Source: Thecamonas trahens ATCC 50062 (Eukaryota; Protista; Apusomonadida). From it: a stretch of 64,000 nt of DNA. Below the pieces are notes generated by a model that searched no databases, was not told the origin of the DNA, and was given only the letters and a program-made list of their open reading frames with translations. Below, one piece after another: positions 23,211 through 33,939 of the stretch; within the stretch, counting starts at the first letter, position 1; every line of letters begins with the position of its first letter. The stretch is taken from the NCBI RefSeq assembly GCF_000142905.1, contig NW_013657676.1:62001-126000 (forward strand), given 5' to 3'. Position numbers and translations under genes: made by a program.

Positions 23211-25752
23211 TAATCCCCCAACCCCCCCAACCCTCCTCAGTCCACAACTCAGCTCCCCACCTGCCGCCACTCGCTCCGCCGTGGGAGCTGCGGGTCACTA
23301 CCCACGGGCGCCCGTTCTACGTCAACCACTTGACGTGCACCACTCAGTGGCATGATCCGCGGCTGGTGGGTGCTCCCTCGCCATCATCGGCAACCTTGCC
23401 GCCGTTTCAGGGCGTTTCTGGCCCCGGATCGGTGTATGGCTCGGTGCCGCCGCCGCGGCCGGTCCTACCGGCACCGGGGCTACAGGCCATGAAGTCGCTC
23501 TCGCGGGCATCCACCATTGAGCTTCGGGCCACCGAGCCGCTGGTGGTGAGTGCAAATGGTGCGGCGGTTCCATCGGCGGTCCACTATGTGGTGACAGTGT
23601 ACGTGGGCGGTCTGCCGACCGGCACCGATGCACCGGACGCGCCCGGCTCGATGGAGGCCACGCTCCGCGAGTCGTTCCGAGTCTTCCGCGCCGACGACCT
23701 CAGCGAAGGCTTCCGCGTCGTCAAGATCAAAGCTTTTGACGCCGTCATCCTACACGTCGACGATTCGGCGGATGGCTGGGACGAGGCGCTGACCTTTCTT
23801 TCCGCGCTACGCGACGGTGAGGGCTTTGTACCATCGCGCGACAAGCCCGATGCATCGCACTTTCCGTCGGCGGTCTTCAAGGGCGAGTACCGCCCGCCGG
23901 TTCTGGCCCTGCTTCCGGGCTCGGTCTCTCCGGTGGCCCTGGACCAGCTCTTTGACGCCGGCCTTGACGACTATGTCATGCGGCCGAGCGTGCCGCGGGC
24001 TATCCATCGCCGGCTCCGCTCGTTTGCACGAAACATCATCGTGGAAGAAGACACGAGCGAGCCGCTGGCTGCCAGCAAGCGCGGGGCACAGCTTGCGCGG
24101 TCGATCATCCAATACTCAAAGGAACACGAGATCGGTGAGACAAGCGTGAGCGACGCGTCACCACACACCAACGTTGCATCGCTCGTTGCTGATGCTGCGC
24201 CGGGCAAGCGCCGCCCGTCGATTGTCAAACAGGCAGCCAACGACTCGGCGCTCGACAAGATCCAGCTGCGGTTCAAGCTCGGGCTGATGGAGACGGAGAA
24301 GCGCAAGGTTGGCGAGCTCAAAGCCAAGAACCAGGAGCTCGAATCGCAGCTAGAGGACCTCTCGTCCAAGCTCGAGGCGTACGAGTCGCCCATGAAGTCG
24401 TTGCTGCGGACGGTGGCCGACATGACGACAGCAGCCGAGGCCGGTGAGGCCCTCGACCCGGCTACCGTCAAGTCGTCGCTGATGCAGGTCATCAAAGACC
24501 TGACATCGTCTGACCTCTACGAGCCCATCATCGACGCCGATGACAGCGACGGCACCATCGACTCGTCCAAGGCTTGGGTTCTCGAAGAGTTTTCGTCGGC
24601 TCGCGCCGCTGCAGGCCACCACACCAAGTCTTCGCTGTGGAAAAAGCACAATGCCAAGGTCCGCGCCCCATTCGCTTTTCCGAACTACTCCAGCGACTCG
24701 CACTCGTCTGTCGCTGCGGACTCGGATGCCGCGGGTCTCGACCTCTCGGCGTCGTCTATAGAGGTGACCAGCGAGGCGCTCAAGTCGCTCGAGCTTCCAA
24801 TCTTTGACCTTGACGAGATGACGCTTGTCAAGTACATTGTCGTCATGTTTTCGAGTCTTGGCCTTCTCGAGCAGTTCTCCATCGAGACCCAGGTCCTCGC
24901 CAACTTTATCCGTGCCGCCGCCAAGTGCTACCGTAGCACGAACCCGTATCACAACTTTGTACACGCCTTTGACGTTTGCCAGACCGTGTTCTGGCTCATT
25001 ACCCAGACCTCGGTCACCTCGCTCCTCTCCTCGCTCGACGTGCTCTGTCTCATGGTTGCAGCGGTGGCGCACGACCTCAGCCACCCGGGCAAGTCGAACA
25101 ACTACCTGGTTGCCACCCGCGACCCGCTCGCGCACGTCTACAACGATCGGTCGGTCCTCGAAAACCACCACGCGTCGACGCTCTTCGACATCCTCGCCAA
25201 CGACGAGTGCAACGTGCTCGCCGGCCTCGGCGCTGACGAGTGGCGCACCGCGCGTGACAACATTATCGACATGATTCTTCACACCGACATGGCCAAGCAC
25301 TTTGAGATGGTTGGCAAGTTCTCGGTCGCGGCCTCGTCGCGGACCTTTAACCGCGAGTCTGACGCCGACCGCCGCATCGTCTGCGCCGTCCTCCTCCACG
25401 CCGCCGACATCTCCAACCCGGCCAAGCCGCTCGCTACCTTTAAGCTCTGGGTCGACCGCGTCTCTTCTGAGTTTTTCCAGCAGGGCGACGCCGAGCGGGC
25501 CCGCGACCTGCCCATCTCGCCTATGATGGATCGCACCAAAGCCGACATCCCGTCCATGGAGGTCAACTTTATCAACTTTGTCGTCCGCCCGCTTTACGCC
25601 GCTCTCGCCTCGGTCGTCCCGAAGTCCAGGTCCTTGTCGACAACATGGATGTCAACAAGGCGTATTACGAGACAATGCGTGACAAGGAGCAGGCCGCCGC
25701 AGATGCTGCCGCCGCGGCTGGCGATGACTCGACTGGTAGCTCCAGCAATTGA
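23211..25752 (+). CDS. Class I cyclic-nucleotide phosphodiesterase with WW and receiver-like domains; 5' end in the gap; frameshift near 25620
   Basis: WW motif WELRVTTHGRPFYVNHLTCTTQWHDP; REC-like DAVILH...DAGLDDYVMRP; PDE motifs YHNFVHAFD, HDLSHPG, SVLENHH, TDM, ADISN and EFFQQGD. The natural-looking end EVQVLVDNMDVNKAYY...SN* is in the shifted frame. Confidence 0.9.
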
Positions 25753-25796
25753 ACGAGTCAGCGCGCCGGCGAGTCATCCGAGAGAGACCGTCTGCG

Positions 25797-26717
25797 CTAG
25801 AACGCGCCCTGCAGCATGCTGCAAACTTCGTCGAGCTCGGGCGAGAGAGAAGTCCGCTCAGCAGGCTCGCTCTTCTCGGTCGGGGTGGGGAGCGCGGGTG
25901 TGGACGACTTGCGCGACCGCGGCCGGCGGATCTTGGCTCGTGTCCGCTCCGGGAGCTGGGTGATGGCGATCTTGCGGACGTAGGCCATGCCGAGGCGAGT
26001 GAGCCGGTAGCGTGAGCGAGTGCGGAGGACAAAGCCGCGCGAATGCGCAGACCGCGCCGCAGCTCGCATGACTTGCAGCAACTCGGCCTCGGCCAGCCGC
26101 CGAAGTGGCGACCAGACCTCGCTCGGCATGTCGGGCCCATTGGCCGCCAGCCACACAACCATGTCGGCGAGGAACGAGCCCTTGCGCTCACCGAGCGCCG
26201 CAATGGCGGTGCAGAGCACATCCAGCGCTGCACTGCGTGCCGATCCGCGCGAGACCCGCTTCGGCGTCCGCACCTCGCGGGAGGCGAGCGAGAACATGTC
26301 CACTCTTGTCTTGCTCGCGGCATGATGGGCCAACCGCTCCGAGTCGAGCGAGTATCGGCCGTGCGTCCCGCCGCCGCCGCCTCCTCCTCTCCTTTCAGCT
26401 GCTATTGTCTGGACCTCCATTTCGCTGCAGTCTTCGTTATCGTTGCAACCTCCCAGCTGACCAGCCGTTGCGGGACCGGTCCCGTTCGGCCTGCTGCAGC
26501 CGCGACGGAGCTGAGCCGGCGGCAGCCACAACGGACTCAACGAGCGAGGACGGGTGCTCGGAGCATCAGAGCTCGAGAACATAGCTATTGCCCGTGCGTA
26601 CGTCGAGTGCGGCTCACGAGCAAGTGGGGATGCGGCTTGTCTCGTGAGAGGGAGTCGGCTGTTGTGCGCTTGCATCCCGGGCTTGCCGTGGAAGACGCTC
26701 GCCAGCTCGTTGGCCAT
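25797..26717 (-). CDS. Protein with a linker-histone H1/H5-like (H15) winged-helix domain
   Basis: LDVLCTAIAALGERKGSFLADMVVWLAAN...GFVLRTRSRYRL followed by a basic tail. The start codon is uncertain. Confidence 0.55.
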   Translation of the reverse strand: MANELASVFHGKPGMQAHNSRLPLTRQAASPLAREPHSTYARAIAMFSSSDAPSTRPRSLSPLWLPPAQLRRGCSRPNGTGPATAGQLGGCNDNEDCSEMEVQTIAAERRGGGGGGGTHGRYSLDSERLAHHAASKTRVDMFSLASREVRTPKRVSRGSARSAALDVLCTAIAALGERKGSFLADMVVWLAANGPDMPSEVWSPLRRLAEAELLQVMRAAARSAHSRGFVLRTRSRYRLTRLGMAYVRKIAITQLPERTRAKIRRPRSRKSSTPALPTPTEKSEPAERTSLSPELDEVCSMLQGAF

Positions 26718-27210
26718 TTCTTGATGCGGTGCCTTCCGCAAAGATTCAGCGCTGGAACCGCCGCAAGTGGGGCGGAAGGGGGGGGGGGGGGGGGGGGTGC
26801 TATGGAAAAATTTGCGGTGTGCGGGTGTTTCGGTGAAGAACAACAGAAAATTGACCGGCTCTTTGCGGTGGGCGGGAGCTCGCTCACACGTGTGTCTCGT
26901 GCTCACCCTTGCACGCAGGCGCCTGGCCCTTTGTGCTTGTGATCGAGTTGATTCTCCGGTGTCGCGGCTTGCTATCACGGATAGAGACAATGTCAGAGCG
27001 CGGTGCGAGAAGGAATGAGATGCGCTGGTCGATCGCTTGCTGAGTGCGGTGTTCTCTCGAGAGTTCTCCCGCTCCTGACGTGTGGGCGCGCAAATCTACC
27101 CGCCCGCACCCGCCCGCACCCGCTCGCCCGCACCCCCGCCCGCACGCCATGGCACGACACGGTACCGATCGCCGCACACTCCACGCCATCGGCAAGTGTA
27201 CACACATGGT

Positions 27211-29526
27211 TTAAAGGTCGTCCATGTTGGCAAGGTCGACGTCGTCGTGCTCGGAGGGAGGCGAGTCTGGGGCCGCTGCGCCGCCGCCGCTGCCGGGCGT
27301 GCTGGGCGGTGGCTTGGACTGCAGGGCGCGGATGTCCGAGGCGAGCTGGTTGACGAGGCCGGCAAACGACTCGGGGAGGCCGGCCTGGAGGAGAAAGGTG
27401 ACGCCGACGTCGGCAGTCGGCGGCGGGGCAAGTGCCGACGCCGCAGCGCCAGGTGGCGGCGACGACGGCGACTGGACAATGATCTTGAACTTGAGGATGA
27501 CGCCGCCGTAGTTGCACTTGGCCTTGAACGTCGTGAACGAGTTGCGGCGGAACTTGCACCGAGCACCGTGGAGCGCGAGCGCCACCTTCGTCCCGAGCGC
27601 CTTGGGCGTGGTGTCGTGGAAGACGACCTCGAGCTGCGAGACGATGGCTGACCGCGAGGATGGGTTGGCCGCGGGCGCCTGTGCCACATTGGCGCTTTGC
27701 GGCAGCTGCGTCACTACCGAAGCAGCGTCGGCGGTGGGCGCGGCGCCGGCCATCGGCAGAACGCCCGAGCGTTGGCCTCCCTGGCTTCCGCCGAACAGGT
27801 TGGAGAACCACGAGACGTGCGGCGACGAGGAGACCGGCGGCGAGGCCGCAACAGCGGCGGCCGCGGCGCCGGCGTGCCGGTGGAAACGCGGCGTGCCCGA
27901 GACACCGCCGGCACCCGCCGCCGCCGCCGCCGTCGACCCGTCCCACCCGGCCGGCGGGTGGACAGGGACCGGCACGCCGTATGATGAAGCAAGCGCAAAG
28001 GCATTCGAGGTTGGGACCGACTGCGAGAGCGGCGTCGCCGTCGCCATCGGCCGCCGTGGGACCCGGACTCCAGTCGCTGCGCTCGGCTCAACATCCATGT
28101 CGGCCAGCGCGTCGGGCGAGGCCTGCTGCAGGCTTGTCGGCGTCGCGTCAAGCGGGGAGACCATCGGCTCCGGGCCCGAGCCCGGGTAGCCGCCAAACAT
28201 GGCAGCAGCGGTCGACGACGGAATGTACGATGCCGCCACTGGACCGCCGGCTCCTCCGCCGGCCTCGGGAAAGTACTGAGCGCCATGGGGTGAGGTCGGC
28301 GAGACAAAGCCGACGCGGCCGCGGCTGCCAGCAGCGATGCGCACTGCGCCAGATTCGCGCTCGTGTGCCTCGTCCATCGGCGCCGCCGCCGCCGCCCCGC
28401 TCCCGCGGCCACTGCCGATCGACTGGTGGAAGGTGGCTTCGATCTCGGCCTTGCGCTGCGCAAGTAGATGGTAGAAGACCTTGGCGACAGACTTTTCGTC
28501 CGACGCCAGCGACCGGCGCAACTCGCTGGCGCCACCCCATCCGAGCGAGACGAGCGAGGCAACGACGTCGTCGTCGGGAACCGCAATGGGCAGCGCCGAG
28601 GTGATGGCCTCAGAAATCGGCCGGACCGGCGGTGTGTCCATCGGAAGCGAGTTGAACCACGGATGTGCCTTGATCTCGTCGACAGTTATTCTCGCCGTCG
28701 GATCCACGGTCAGCATCCGCGAAATGAGGTCATTGATGTCCGGCGAGACCCACCGCGGGATAAAGAACCGCCCGGCCTTGACCTTCTTCAGCAGCCTTCG
28801 GATGTTTTCGTCGTCAAACGGGAGCCGCCCGGTGAGAAGCGCATACAGAATGACGCCCATCGACCACACGTCGGCGGCCTCGCCCGAGTACGGCTGGCCC
28901 ATCACCACCTCGGGACACGCGTAGTGCGGCGAACCGCACGACGTCTCCAGCAGCGAGTCCTGCTTCATCACAGACGCCATCCCAAAATCCGCAAGCTTCA
29001 CGTTGTTGTTCTCGTCCAGCAGCAAGTTCTCCGGCTTGAGATCCCGATGGCACACCATGTGTTTGTGGCAGTAGTCCACCCCGAGCACAATCTGCTGGAA
29101 AAACCGCAGCGCCTCATTGGGCAGCAGCCGGCCCTTGCGCACCAGATAATCAAACAGCTCGCCACCCTCCACATACTCGAGAATCAAGAACCTACACACC
29201 AGCCCGCGCAGCACACCCACAAAACCCCGCATTACAACAACCAAATGAGTCCCCCTCCCCCCTCCCTCCTCCAACCTCCGCTTCGCCGCCCTCGGGCATG
29301 CAGCAGTTCGCCCGACAGCGCGACATGACTTTGCCACCACCGCCTCGCACCCTCTTGCAATACAGCAGCCAGACTCGGCATATCTTGGCCATGGCCATGA
29401 CCCATGACATGCACCACGCACGCAACAAAAAGGAACCCAAGGACGCGACATGTCCAGGCATGCCGCATTTGGCGCGACATGGACGTAGCAGGTCGCTTCC
29501 TGCCGCGTGCACCCCCCCTTGCCCCA

Positions 29527-29558
<32 letters not shown>

Positions 29559-29953
29559 GTCCCATCTTCCACATAGCACAACCAGTGTGGGCCCAGGAAT
29601 ACGTACAGGTAGCGGGAAGTCTCGTAGACGTCAAAGAGCTTCATGACGTTGGGGTGGTTGACGAGGCGGAGGACGGCGATCTCGCGCTCCATCTTGCGGC
29701 GCATGTTGGGCTTTGAATTGAGCGAGTCCTTGGAGATGATCTTGATGGCAACCTTAAGCCCAGTAACTCTATGTGTACCAAGCTTGACCTTGCCCGTCGC
29801 GCCAACTCCAAGCGTTCTTCCCAATTCAAACTCTCCCACACATTGGCTTGACCCGCTCGTCGCCGTACTCCCTTCCGTCGCCTCTTCCACACTCATACCC
29901 ATACTCGCAGCCGTAGTCGTCTCCATCTCTTCCTCCATACTCAACGGGTCCAT
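27211..29953 (-). CDS. AMPK-related BRSK/SAD (Nim1/Gin4-like) Ser/Thr kinase; intron 29192-29606
   Basis: LGVGATGKVKLG, VAIK, EREIAV, HRDLKPEN, DFGMA and LETSCGSPHYACPEV, then a UBA-like region and a KA1-like C-terminus. Confidence 0.92.
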
Positions 29954-30781
29954 CTCCACCCTCTTTCGACCTCTAACCACTTGCTGGAGTCGAGAGTGTC
30001 GGTGTCAAAGACAAGTATGTGACCCCACACACCTTCTCCTCCACGCCATCTCCCTACGCGCCACGCAACACCACGCCACACCAGCCTCCTCTCCACCACC
30101 CGCTCCATGGCTCCGCTCTTGTGCCATCGACCATATATGCCTCGCCAACAACCACATTTTTTGTCGAACGTTCGAATCGTGCGCCAAGACTTGGCTTGGG
30201 CTGAGTGACCCGGTGGATGTCGGTGGGTCGATATGATGGGCATCTGCTGATCAAACTCGACGTTCTCATCATTCTTGACTCGCATGAACCTTGGCAGAAT
30301 TTCCTGCACCATCGATACACCTGTTCAGGTTTTTGCTGGCCTTGGAAATGCGGATTACGATTTTTCTCCCTCTCTCTGCCCGCGCACATCTGCAGCATCA
30401 GCACCTGTCACCCTTCCATACCACCTTTGATTGCCGTCAACGCCGCTGCACTTTGAAGTCCCTCTTCTACCCCAAAAATCACGCCCCACGGCGCATGCCG
30501 GGATGAGTGACCGTTTGCCGACCTCCACCACCGCAACAACCCGCAAGCTCGCAACAAGCTCGCGGCAAGCAACCGGTCCACGCCACAGCCACCGACCACC
30601 CACACACACACCCAACGCTAGCACCCCACCTCTCTCCACACACATACACACACACATATATATATATATATACACATACACACACACCAGGTAGGTGTCT
30701 GTCTGTGCCCCCCCTCCCTCCCCCCCCCCTCCCCCCTGCCCCTCCGTCTTCACTTACCCACTCTGGCATACAGCAAAGGGT

Positions 30782-33700
30782 ATGTCGTCGTATCCGGACC
30801 GGCTGACCCTCCCTCTCGGGACGGGGTCAGGGTCTGTTGGTGGTGGGAGCAGCAGCATCGGGACAGGAGGATGTACCTCTGCTCCAAGCAGTCCTACCTC
30901 GCCGTGCCAGCCTCGGAGAAGGGCTGGCTCGTCGAGCGTGGTCGAGCTGACAACGGCATCGGGCGAGACGTTGGAGCAGGTGCGGACAAGGCTCAAGCGG
31001 TCGCACTCGCATCAGGGCAGCATCCAGACGTGGTCGACACGCTCGTTCTGGGGACAGGCGCCGCGGTATGCGACCTTGCTGCAGGAGCTTTTTGACACTC
31101 GGGCCGAGCGGACGCTGGCAGCGCTCGGCGACGCAGTGGACCCGTCCGACGCCGACGCGCTCGCCTCGGCACTGGTCAGCGTCGCGTCACACGCAGGACT
31201 CACGCTCTCGGTCATCCAGACGATGATCGAGTCCGAGTTTGCGTCGCACGCTGAGTTTCCGTCGACCATTCTCCGCGGCAACTCGCTGGCGTCCAAGATG
31301 GCGACCATCTACTGCAAGTCTGCGGGCAAGAGCTATCTGCAAGCCATCCTAGCGAGCACGGTTGAGGCTGTCATCGATGACAAGGAGCTTTTCCTGGAGA
31401 TTGACCCAAACAAGCTGCGCCGGGTGCATGGTGGTGCGTCAGACGAGGAGCTCGCCGCGCTGCAGGCTGCGAACCAGGAGAAGCTGCTCGCGCTCTCGAC
31501 CTCGGTCTTCAATCGCATTGTGGCGGCCGAGGCCGTGGATGCCATGCCTGCGCCGATTCGCGCCATTGCCAAGCACATTGCCGACATGGCCGACGCGTAC
31601 CTGCCGGCCGATGTGGCCGAGGGCGGCGTGAAGACCAGGCTCATCGGCGGCTTCATCATGCTGCGATTCTTCAACCCGGCGCTGGTCACGCCTGAATCCT
31701 TTGATGTGGTGTCTGAGGATCGAGTGCCGGACCCGCGGGCGCGACGAAACCTTGTGCTTCTCACCAAAATCCTGCAGAACGTGTCCAACCAGGTCTTGTT
31801 TGGCTCCAAAGAGCAGCACATGGCCATTCTCAACTCGTTCATTGATGACAACATGGCGACCATGGCTGCATATCTCAACAACGTCGTTGCGCTCGACGAT
31901 GCTGACGTGGCCCAGTGCTCGGCATCGACGACACCGCGGTCGTGGGACGTGCACGTACTCGACTGCAACGATTTGTTCACCCTCCACTACGTGCTGCTCA
32001 ACATGCTGCCCAACCTCACGTTTGGCTTTGAGTCCCAACCGCTTCTCGACGGCCCGCGGGACGACGTCATGAACAGCGACGCCGTCGACGATCCTTCTGC
32101 CGCTTGCGTGCCACAAGGCGTGGCATCCAACAGGGTCGTCGCCGCCCTCGCCGCCGCCGATGCCAAGCCTCGCCCGGTCAGCCTCGACCCTGAAGTGGCG
32201 TCCGAGTTTGATTCGCTCCTGGAGCAAATGGCAAGTATTGGTGACTCGCTCGGCGACGTGAGCGCACTACCGTCGGGCACCGAGACTGCCGATGCTTCCG
32301 CCGCCAACGCTGTCAACAACGACGACGATGATGCATTGTCGCCGTCCGCGCCCGACGCCTCTGAGGCCGTGCGCGGGGCTACCGCAGGCCTGTCGGCACC
32401 GGCACCGGCGACGGCGCGTCGCACAAAACGGCGCGGACGGACGCGATCCGAGGCAGCCGGTGACTCGCGGTTCCTCTCGGCAATTATGGACCTCGGCCCG
32501 CCACCAATGGTGCGGCGTGCGTCGAAGCGGCACCGTGGGATGTCTGCGTCGAGCTCGACATCGTCGCTGGCGAGCGTAGGCTCGTCGACGCCTACGCTGG
32601 CGACGCCCGGGCGAAGCGCGGTGGAGGCGTCGACCGACATGGCGGCGGCACGGTTTTTCTACAAGGGCCTTCCCAACAAGGATGGCATTCCGACGTACTA
32701 TCTCATCATGTGCCAGCTGAAGACGATGTTCATGGCGGACGCTGAGGCGCTCGCGCAGTTTGTGCGCGAGACGATGGGAGCCGACATCGACGCGCCATAC
32801 GCGCTAGTCATCGACATGTCGTGGGTCAAGGTCACGTTTGAGATGAAGCGGCTGATGTACAAGCAGCTCTCGACGTTTGCTGGCATCTTTAACCGGCAGC
32901 AGAAAAAGAACTCGCGGGCGATCTACCTCATCCACCCGTCGTCGTTCACCTCGACCGTCCTCTACTTTGCGTCGCGGTTCACCTCGGCCAAGCTCCGCAA
33001 GAAGATCCACGAGATCTATGAATGGGAGGCGCTGCATGAGTTCATTGCACCGTCGGCTGTGGCGCTTCCGGAGAGCTCCAAGGCGTACCTGACCAAGGCG
33101 TATGACGTGGTCAAGATCAACGCCAAGGGTAAGGAGCAGAGTCGGCTCATCAAATTTACGCACAACTCGATTCTCAACATCGACCCCAAGACGCAGCGTA
33201 TCCGCAACGAGCGCAAGCTGGTGGAGATGCTCGACGTTGTCGCGCCGCGTACCGAGCCCACTATTGTGCTCCGGTTTGACACCGAGAGCCAGGACGAGTC
33301 GTCGTCGTCGGGCCTCGCCTCGACATCGTTCCTCAACAAGTTCCGCCGCAACGAGGCCGACGCCGAGTTCCGCACCTACCGCTGCGCCTCGATCGAGGAG
33401 CGCAACGAGGTTATCTACGAGATCTTTGAGCGCGGCTTCACCGCGCCGGCCTTTCCGCACGCCAACGAGTACGAGGTCCTCGAGCAAAAGGGCAGCTCCA
33501 AGCGCAACGCCCGAACGCTCAAGCTCACCATCGACTCGATCCTTACCATTGCCAAGGGCCGCATCAAGAAGGAGGTCTCGTTTGCCGGCATCGAAGAAGT
33601 GTTTGTCGATCCCAAGAACTGTACCCTCGTCTGGTTCAAGTGCAAGGGCGACAAGGTGCCGACCAAGCTGTACACCAACGACGCCGCCGCCTTTGTCGCT

Positions 33701-33796
33701 GCCGTCGAACATTGCATCCGCAAGAACCTCGCAGACGACTCCAAGCTGGCCCAGAACGAGAAGGATGAGCTCAACGCGTACATGGACGACGAATGA
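30782..33796 (+). CDS. Neurofibromin-like RasGAP (RasGAP-Sec14/CRAL-TRIO-PH-like); candidate 5'UTR intron 30691-30773
   Basis: ILRGNSLASKM, MLRFFNPALVTPE and LTKILQNVSN; Sec14-like FFYKGLPNKDGIPTYYLI...IYLIHPS; two related PH-like units at the C-terminus. Confidence 0.88.
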   Translation: MSSYPDRLTLPLGTGSGSVGGGSSSIGTGGCTSAPSSPTSPCQPRRRAGSSSVVELTTASGETLEQVRTRLKRSHSHQGSIQTWSTRSFWGQAPRYATLLQELFDTRAERTLAALGDAVDPSDADALASALVSVASHAGLTLSVIQTMIESEFASHAEFPSTILRGNSLASKMATIYCKSAGKSYLQAILASTVEAVIDDKELFLEIDPNKLRRVHGGASDEELAALQAANQEKLLALSTSVFNRIVAAEAVDAMPAPIRAIAKHIADMADAYLPADVAEGGVKTRLIGGFIMLRFFNPALVTPESFDVVSEDRVPDPRARRNLVLLTKILQNVSNQVLFGSKEQHMAILNSFIDDNMATMAAYLNNVVALDDADVAQCSASTTPRSWDVHVLDCNDLFTLHYVLLNMLPNLTFGFESQPLLDGPRDDVMNSDAVDDPSAACVPQGVASNRVVAALAAADAKPRPVSLDPEVASEFDSLLEQMASIGDSLGDVSALPSGTETADASAANAVNNDDDDALSPSAPDASEAVRGATAGLSAPAPATARRTKRRGRTRSEAAGDSRFLSAIMDLGPPPMVRRASKRHRGMSASSSTSSLASVGSSTPTLATPGRSAVEASTDMAAARFFYKGLPNKDGIPTYYLIMCQLKTMFMADAEALAQFVRETMGADIDAPYALVIDMSWVKVTFEMKRLMYKQLSTFAGIFNRQQKKNSRAIYLIHPSSFTSTVLYFASRFTSAKLRKKIHEIYEWEALHEFIAPSAVALPESSKAYLTKAYDVVKINAKGKEQSRLIKFTHNSILNIDPKTQRIRNERKLVEMLDVVAPRTEPTIVLRFDTESQDESSSSGLASTSFLNKFRRNEADAEFRTYRCASIEERNEVIYEIFERGFTAPAFPHANEYEVLEQKGSSKRNARTLKLTIDSILTIAKGRIKKEVSFAGIEEVFVDPKNCTLVWFKCKGDKVPTKLYTNDAAAFVAAVEHCIRKNLADDSKLAQNEKDELNAYMDDE

Positions 33797-33939
33797 GTGG
33801 AGATGTAAAACGCACATTGCCAGAGGCCGAGCGCGCGCCAACGGTCACCAACCTCGCACACGCTTGCGGCAGAGGCGGGCCGCGAGCACTTGTCGCACCA
33901 CAGGCATAACCATACGCCTGGCTGCATACACTGTCTAAC

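Noticed and set aside
25621-25963. Overlap of the PDE ORF with the H15-domain gene, as in the ORF track
   Set aside because: Artefact of the frameshift near 25620; the corrected frame stops at 25752.
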